Source: Sphaerodactylus townsendi (Eukaryota). Taken from it: DNA of 64,000 nucleotides. How positions within the stretch are numbered: position 1 is the first letter of the stretch; every line of letters starts with the position of its first letter. Shown here in pieces: positions 47,501 through 56,500 of the stretch. A program made the translations under genes and the position numbers. The notes beneath the pieces were generated by a model. The model was given only the letters and a program-made list of their open reading frames with translations. It was not told the origin of the DNA and did not search any database. The DNA is taken from NCBI RefSeq assembly GCF_021028975.2, contig NC_059427.1, positions 135,222,001-135,286,000 on the forward strand, written 5' to 3'.

Positions 47501-50500
47501 CTTCACTTGGTGGCACAAGATACTCTCAGATTGGGTTCATCAGGGTTCATCAGCACACATTAATTGTGGTGCTTTCTGGAGTCATGCAAGAAGATGTCAG
47601 GTCACTTATCATACAGCGTGAAGGCCAGCCACCTGCTGCATGAGAAGCAGGTACAAGTCAACCTGCCATAACATCACCTGACTCAGCCACTCAAAAGAAC
47701 TCCAGCAACACCATGATCAAGTGTTTAATGGAACTAAAGACCACCCTGCATGAAATGGCTGGCATCATGCTTGGGGAGAAACCATTCAACAGCAAGCAGT
47801 GGCTGACATGCTCCCATACAGTGATTGTCCCAAGGCCCTTTCAGAATTTCACCGTGCTACAATCAGCTGTGGTGCAGTCAGCCTGAACCAGACCATTTCC
47901 TTGATGCAAGTGTTCAAGGAGAAGTTGGCCTGACCTTACTGTCACAGGTCAGGTTGGCTCCCCACTCTTTCTGGGGATTACAGCCCTACTGGAGAAACTG
48001 CAAAGGGGCATTGAAGACCAGGTGCAATCTCTCATCCAGAACACGCTTTCTATGTTGGTGCCCATCTGTGACCCACAGCACACGGGCAGAATCTCCCTGC
48101 ATGACAATGTTCTCACTACCTGGAGAGATAAGTTCCCCCACCAAGTGAAGGACTTAGGCAAACAGAAGAGAACGTGCTGGGGGAATATGGTAGTACTTCC
48201 CCTGAGCCATTTTGCTAACCACTTCCCTTTCATGCCACTGCCAGGCAGGCAAATGGTTGCAGTCTATCAGGCAGGCAGTTGTCACCAGCACAATATGAAG
48301 AGCAGGAGGTAGGACCAAGCTGAGGTGATGGTGAGGTACTATGGTGAGGAGAAGCAGTGACGTAGTGGCTAAGAGCAGGTAAACTCTGATCTGGAGGAAC
48401 CGGGTTTGATTCCCAGCACTGCCACTTGAGTTGTGGAGGCTTATCTGGGGAATTCAGATTAGCCTATGCACTCCCACACACGCCAGCTAGGTGACCTTGG
48501 GCTAGTCACAGCTTCTCAGCCCCACATACCTCACAGGGTGTTTGTTATGAGGGGGGAAGGGCAAGGAGATTGTAAGCCCCTTTGAGTCTCCTATAGGAGA
48601 GAAAGGGCGGATATAAATCCAAACTACTCCTCCTCCTCTAATATTGTGGAGCCCTACAAGGTGTCTGATACTGATCCATTGATCTATTGAATCCAGAAAC
48701 ATATAGTATTTCCAGCTTTGTCTCTAATGGCCCAGGAACTCCTCTCCTGTCCTCTACACCAGCCTACAGAGTGAACAAGTCTTTTCCCAGAGAGGAAACA
48801 TTGTCTGTTCCTTCCAAAGTGGAGCAGTTGGTCTTTTTGAAGATCAGCTTTCCACTTTTCAACTTTCTAACCATGGCCTTTGAGAGTACGAGAAATGAGC
48901 ATCACATTGGACACCAAAGTTCTCCTCTCTCTGCATTAGCTCAGAGTCAACCTCCTTCAATTCCGGATGTTGTGGGTTTTCTGGTGTGGCCATGGTCCGG
49001 TAATTTTTGTTCCCAACATTTCGCCCACATCTCTGGCTGGCATCTTCGGAGGCATGTCACGATGAGACATGTTTCTCATGGAACTCCTTCAATTTCTTAT
49101 TCAGGGCTGACAAGAAGGGTAATGCTCTTTGTTCTGTCTCTCTTCACCCATTCAAATTAATCAAGTATTGTGTGTGGCCCTTTTGAGGATCATGCCTTTC
49201 TTCATGGGGGATGGAGCCCAAAAGTCATATTGTATCTCTTGTCTTCACAGGTCTCAAGAGTGCCAGTAAGAAAAGGCAGCTGCAGCTCCTGAAACTCCTC
49301 TTGAGCTAATGATGATCCAGACTGCAGAGATTAAGATTGATATGCAGCATAACAACCCATTTTAGCGGCACCCAGTCTTAAGGCTGGGAGGGACTGGCAG
49401 CGCCTCAGATAGAACTAATATAGGGCACTGCCAGAGACGACCCTGTGGCAGGGCCTCACAAGGGGGCAACACTATTTGGGAAGCACTAAATTGACGGGGC
49501 TCTGATCTGGAAGGCCCAGGCGAGCCTGATTTGATCAGATCTCAGAAGCTAATCAGGGTCGGCCCTGCTTAGTGCTTGGATGGGAGACCACCATGGAATG
49601 CCAGGGTAGCTGTGCAGAAGAAGGCAATGGCAAGCCACTCTGTTAGTCTCTTGCCTTGAAAAGTCTATTGGTTTGCCATAAGTTGCCTTGATGGCACTTG
49701 ACACACATACAGAAGATGAAGAGTTCAAATATGGTGACCTGGAAGAAACATGGTATATTCCCTATAATAAACAGTGGAGGCAAATATGGCTGGGGGCATC
49801 CAATTCACCTGCACCTCAGGGGAATTTTTGTAGATATGCAGGACTAGGTTCTATTGAACTCTGGTACTATTTGCTTTACATTTAGTTGCTTCAGAAAGCC
49901 ACATTTATTTCCACATAGGAAATAACACCCCTCTTATTTCCAAACCTCAAAACTGACCCCAAAATGGATTTCTGAAGCAAGCATAACTGTCCTAAAATTC
50001 TAAAATGAAATTAAAACAATTTTGAAATGTATACTTCTAATAGAAAACAGTGAAGTAAAAGTAAGATGATACATACAATAAACATCGTTATTGACTATAT
50101 CCTATTCCATTACAATAGCACCCTTCTGGACTGTTTCATTATATTACAGTCCTAATTACTTTATAAACCCCTGAACTTTTTTGTTTTGTACACTCTGCAA
50201 AATCATGGAAGTTATATGATAAAAATGGTAAAATATGGGGGGGGAATCACTTGTGTGAATATCAATATCAATAACTCATATCATATCAATAACTCTCTAC
50301 CAAAGGAAGCCAAATAACTTTTTGAACAGTATAGACCAGTGATGGCGAATCTTTTCGAGACCAAGTGCCCAAACTGCAACCCAAAACCCACTTATTTATC
50401 ACAAAGTGCCAACACGGCAATTTAACCCGAATACTAAGGTTTTAGTTTAGAAAAAATGGTTGGCTCCGAGGCGTGTGTTACTCAGGAGTAAGCTTGGTGG

Positions 50501-53500
50501 TAGTTGGTGGCTTTGCTTTGAAGCAACCGTGCAACTCTTCCAACGGGTGAATCACAACCCTAGGAGGGTTTACTCAGAACAAGGCCCATTGCCAGCAACC
50601 AAGATTACTCCCAGGTAAAGGATCATGCTTTAGTTCTTCGCATGAAAATCAGTGGGGTTTAACAGCACTTAACAGGGTTACCTACACGGCTTCCCCAAAA
50701 CTAGGTCTTAGGTTTAATGCTAATAATTGAGTCCAGCAGCCCAGACCAGCCTAGATGTGTGGGGGTGGGGGCGACTCTGTTTGCGCGTGCCCACAGAGAG
50801 GGCTCTGAGTGCCACCTACGGCACCCGTGCCATAGGTTCGCCACCACTGGTATAGACTGAATATCATTTCTTCCATATTCTGACCTCTCATGAAATGTGT
50901 TGGAAAACATATCAATGTAGTTACATAATACTTTGCAACACTACTGCATGAAGTATGCTCTTCAATATAATACGTATATACTTAGAAGTTCTATTTCCAA
51001 GTAAAGGTGAATAGACTGCTTTAGTGCCACCTAAATGGAACATTTCTAAATCACAACATTGTTCATTACAGTTCAAGTCAAATGCCTGTCATTAAAGAAA
51101 CTCTAGCTAAACAGCACCCCCATGTGGGTTGGATAGGATATACATAATTTCCCTTTGACATTCTGAAAACAGAAGAGATTGTACATATTAGTCCGAAGCA
51201 AAATCCAAAAATAAAAAGCCTTTTAGTAGGATTAACAAAAATAACACAAAACAGGGCAAGTTTGCAAGTTGAAGTGTTGCCCAAAACACTTCATTAGGCT
51301 GGATTTTAAAAGATGGGAGAAGACATTTCAGGTTATAAGGATCCCATATGAAATGCTGAGTAACTGGTTCTGGTGGGTTTTCCAGGCTGTGTGGCCGTGG
51401 TCTGGTGGATCTTGTTCCTAACGTTTTGCCTGCATCTGTGGTTGGCATCTTCAGAGGTGTATCACAGAGGGAAGTCTGTTACACACTTCCCTCTGTGATG
51501 CACCTCAGTTAACAGACTTCCCTCTGTGATACACCTCTGAAGATGTCAGCCACAGATGCAGGCAAAACTTTAGGAACAAGATCCACCAGACCACGGCCAC
51601 ACAGTCCGGAAAACCCACCAGAACCAGTTGAATCCAGCCGTGAAAGCCTTCGACAATGCTGAGTAACTATTCATATTTAGCATGGTGCCAGTGTCAGATT
51701 ATACCATTGGCCTTCTGGAAGAAGGAAGCATTGACTTTGTTTCCAATAAAATATATTGTATGACTTTGTTTCCCAGTGGTACAAATCCAGTTCAGACATA
51801 CAGAACGACATATTATTTTATTTTTTAGAAAAACAGGTTTAATTTAGTTTGCTACAAACTCCACTAGCTTGCCCTTTGAAAGTCCTTTTGTTTCATACTT
51901 CCATACAATAGTCATTATCCAACCGAGCTCCATGCGCAGAGAAGTCTTCTTGTTCTCCCTCTCTCCCTCCCCCCTCCCCCTTTGCTTCCAAGTCACAGCT
52001 GACTTATGGCATCTCCATAAAGTTTTCAATGCAAGAGACATTCAGAGGTGGTTTGCCATTATATGTGCCTGCATTGCAACTCTGAGCTTCCTTGGTGGTC
52101 TCTCACCCAAATAGAACAGGGCCAATCCTGCTTATCTTCCAAGATGATGATGATGGTGGTGATGATGATGATCAATTAGATTTTATAGACATCAGGGGGA
52201 GTCACTGCCCAAATAAGGAGCTCCCCTGGGTTTGAGGAAGCCCAGCCTGCCAGGAGGTGGAGGGAGCTCCTTATTTGGGCAGTGACTCCCCCTGATGTCA
52301 TTGCCCAAATAAGGAGCTCCCTCCACCTTCTGGCTGCCTGGGCTTCCTCAAACCCAGCGAGCTCCTTATTTGGGCAATGACATCAGGGGGAGTCACTGCC
52401 CAAATAAGGAGCTCCCTCTGCCTCCCGGTTTGAGGAAGCCCAGCCAGCCAGGGTTCCTCTTCACCCTCCTTCACCCTTGGAGGAGGAGAGCAGCAACAAG
52501 CGGCTTGTGCAGCTGCAGGGAGGTTGTCCCGGCCACGTCCCCAGCAGAGGCCTGAAGAGCCAGCTGGTGACTCGTGTATAAGCCGAGGGAGCATTTTTTC
52601 AGCCTTAAAACAGGGCTGAAAAACTCGGCTTATAGGCGAGTATATACGGTAGCTGTTTATCATTCCCCACCACCACCCCTGTGCAATCATCATAATCATC
52701 ATAATCTGCTGACTAGCTGTGCTGTTCTACATGGCATCCTGCCACCACTTGTACCTTTCTCTCTTGATAATTTATTAACATGTGATACAGAACTAGTACA
52801 TTTATCCATGGAAGGATAAACAAACCTTATGACACAAAATGTTATTGATCAGAAAAAATTAGAATCACCAAATTTACAACCCTATCTCAATGTAGAAGAT
52901 AACATGTTAATTCTCTCCGATTAAGGAAATCATGAAAGATGCAAATTGCCAGCTAATGTTAACCCTTTCAACTGACTATCCAAAGGTTCCAGATGTTTAA
53001 AAAATATATCCTGGAATATAGCTGGGTGGTTTAATAAGTTGCCAGATAACAGTTTTGAACAATATCTAAAACAAGCTGACATATTTTTTTTTTACAGGAG
53101 ACAGTGTCTGGATCCTTCATCCTGCCAATGTAGGTATACCACAACCAGCAGATTCATCAGATTGGGCTGTTTAATGCTTAATTTTTTTTGTACAAAAACA
53201 CAGGAAATTTATTAACAGCTGTTGAAAGTTAAAACGTAGAAATCATACCTGATAGCTTCTTTTCCCTGAAATTCTGGAGGTACAGGTTCAGTCATCTCAC
53301 TGACATTTAAGTTCCCAGTGATGCCAGCCTCATACAATTCCTTATAATTTCTTGTCCTTTTTAACCAAAATGAGGGCTTTAGGAAGAAGAATGAGCTTCG
53401 ATGCAACCCATATTCCCCTGAGCAATACAACAAAAAGAAAGATTTGTAAACATTACATATGGGCTGGACTCTATATATAAGGTGCACATATTTTGATGGC

Positions 53501-56500
53501 ATTCTAAGGTTGCTAGCTTGCTGAGCAAGCTATAATGTTTATTGTGAGCACAGAACCTTATCATTGAGACCTTCCGTTTCTATAAAAGCACTTAAAATAT
53601 GTGTTTTTCATATTCAGCAAGAGTTAACTTTTAATTACTTTGCTCATATTGATCTGGGAATATACAGATGCTTAATTACTTTTTCTGAGTCCAACAGGAA
53701 CATATGGGGAAAAAAATCCCTTTGCAAAAAGATTTTGAACAGCAGCCTGAAAAAAAATATTGTTCACACATTTATATAACTTACAGTTCCTTGTGATTAT
53801 AATGCACTGTGGTTAAAGATAACCTGAAATATTAAATGTGATTCTGGTGAGGCAAATGCGCTTACTTTTAAGACTTTGTGCTTGCAGTGTCTTGTTAAAC
53901 TGACTGACTGCCTATGCAAAAGAGTTACACGTATTTAGATCAAAGATGCAAAATTTCCAGAAATGTTGAGGCCATGGGAAACAGATTCCCACTCTTTTTC
54001 TTTTTAGATAAAAACAGAAATTTGCGTGAAAACTGAAATATGTACAATGATTATCGTCCCAAACTTAAACCTACTGTACTACTTTAACCACCAAAAGAGC
54101 ACTATGTGTAACGTTTGTGCTAACAAATAGGAAAAAATAAAGTTGAAAACAGAAAACAACTTCTACAGTAAACAAAAGAATGAGAAAATTTGGATAGAAA
54201 TAGTCACAATAGGACGATCAATATATTTGAATACTGGGTTAACGTTCGTTACACTGAACCCATCAGCAGCATATTATCACTATACATATGATAGCAAATA
54301 AACTGTTGACAAAACTAGTCATGCTTAAACAGTTAACACATTTGTGAAAACATGTCCTATTAATTGCTTCTTCTGATGGCTCTTGAGCTGGCTTTTCCAT
54401 GCAAGGAAAGTCCTTCTCTTAGGCCCCTTCCGCACACGCAGAATAATGCGTTTTCAAACCACTTTCACAACTGTTTGCAAGTGGATTTTGCCATTCCACA
54501 CAGCTTCAAAGAGCACTGAAAGCAGTTTGAAAGTGCATTATTTTGCATGTGCGGAAGGAGCCTTACTTAAATGATATTGCTTAAACAGCCAAAACACCAC
54601 AAGCAGCATCACACTAATATAATCCCCCAAATTAACTCCTTATACAATTGATTACCGCATGCAAACATTTAGCTACTAATAATGTTATTCTATTATCTTT
54701 GTCAGATAGTAGCCACTGAATTAAACATTATGAGGGAAGATCAGATTTATAGGGTAAAAGTTACCCTAAATATTTCTGCCTCAGAACATGTTTTATTACT
54801 GGTGTGGATTGTTCTACATTTAAAACCCCCCTTCATACTACCCATTTTGAATGAGTAAAAGCTTGTCTTTAAAACATTTTAATTATTTCAAAACAACATA
54901 TTTAATTTAAGTTTTTTTCAGGGCTCCACTTTCTGTTGGAAAATTTCTTCCCAGCCCGGAAACCATACAGCACCCAAATTTCTTCCCAGTTCTCTCCAGT
55001 TTAGACCAAGCATCATCAAACCTTTTTAACTCTGCAGGCACCTTTACAATTTTGAGAAGGGGTGGTACCACTCCAAAATGCCTGTCACAGGATTTGGAGC
55101 GAAACCCTAAATGGCTGCCACAGGAAAAGGAGCCAAATGCAATACTTTTTTTCCTGCTGCATAAAGAATCACAGAAGAGAGGTAACATGAACAAAGGAAA
55201 GCACAGAGGGAGAACAAGGAAGTGGGTGGGGGGGTGGGGGAGAAAAGGAAGTAAAATTCAAGAAGGGAATGGAACCACACATTGACTAAGGAGAAAACAG
55301 GTGTTTACCTCATCATCCAGTGGCTGTGGTAGCAATGGAAAATGAAGTCAATCAACAAGGTCTGACCTACTTTCTGAAAAGTTTGGCAGATGCCAGGGAA
55401 AGTAGTGGTGAGCAGAATAATGCCAATGGGTGCCATGTTGTGGAACCTGGGTACGGATGCTCATCATCAGCACAGTATTTGTCCAGGCTACAGTATGTTA
55501 AGCACACAAAGCTGTTTTGTATTGGGAACAACCAAGTTTAAACAAGTGCTGCACCTGTGCAAAGCTGCATAAATAAGTTATTGCTGGCCAGCATCATGTT
55601 TAAATCAGGCCTTACCAATACACTTAGAAGTCAAGATTTAACAGCAGACTTGCTAACTCTAGCTATATAATCTTTGCCATACCTCATCTCTCAATTTAGA
55701 ATTCAAAGTATTTCCTTTCACATTGCATGTTCATTGCCTTCCAATGAGCTTTCAGTGGTTAAAAGTTCCTAGGCAGTCTCCCATCTAGGCAACTTATAGG
55801 TCAGATCTGTTTAGCTTCACAGATCTGTATAACGTGCCATCAGACAATTCTTGGGGCAGTGCTATGGGTATACTTATTTGATGCCTGTTCAGATGCAGAC
55901 ATTTTCCCCCTGGTAATTATGCATAATGCTTTTCCTTCCCTTTGCCAAGAGAATCTTCAAATTAAGGCTGAGGACTGCAACTTAAATCCCTTTGTATGCA
56001 TTCTCATGCTGTTTTACGAAGAGTGCATGCTGAACATTATTGGAAAGCAGATGTGCAGGTCACCAAACCCTAGAATTATCTCCAACAAGATACTACACAC
56101 TTTACATTGAGTTCAGGCCTTAATACTGTATCAAACTTAGACATTATTTATTTTTCTATTATTCAAATGAGCATACCTGGAATCACTTGATCCAGATAAA
56201 CTGCTACAAGTAGGTAAAGCATACTGTCCAGGGCCAACAGCAACACAGATATAACCAGTGGATAAGGGCCATAAGTTATACTTGAGAAAACAGCCCCTTC
56301 CTCATAATCTTCTAGGTGCATAACCTGCAAACAGATATGAATACTGAAGATACTATAGTAGAGTAACACTATACTACAGATAGAATTAAGTAAAAATAAT
56401 TAACTATATAGGTGATTGAATATAAAATATTAGGAGCCACAGGCTCTTAGAGATAATAATTGTATTATCTCTAAGAGCCTGTGGCTTCCAATACACATAC

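Noticed and set aside
46700-48350. Possible decayed DIRS/LTR retroelement
   Set aside because: Composition is suggestive, but I could not read any diagnostic motif or terminus.
49512-49600. 5S rRNA gene
   Set aside because: It is diverged from 5S, has no oligo-T terminator and continues into an RTE-like tail, so it is a SINE3.
52189-52420. CRISPR-like repeat array
   Set aside because: Vertebrate context; the repeats occur in both orientations without unique spacers and lie inside a MITE.
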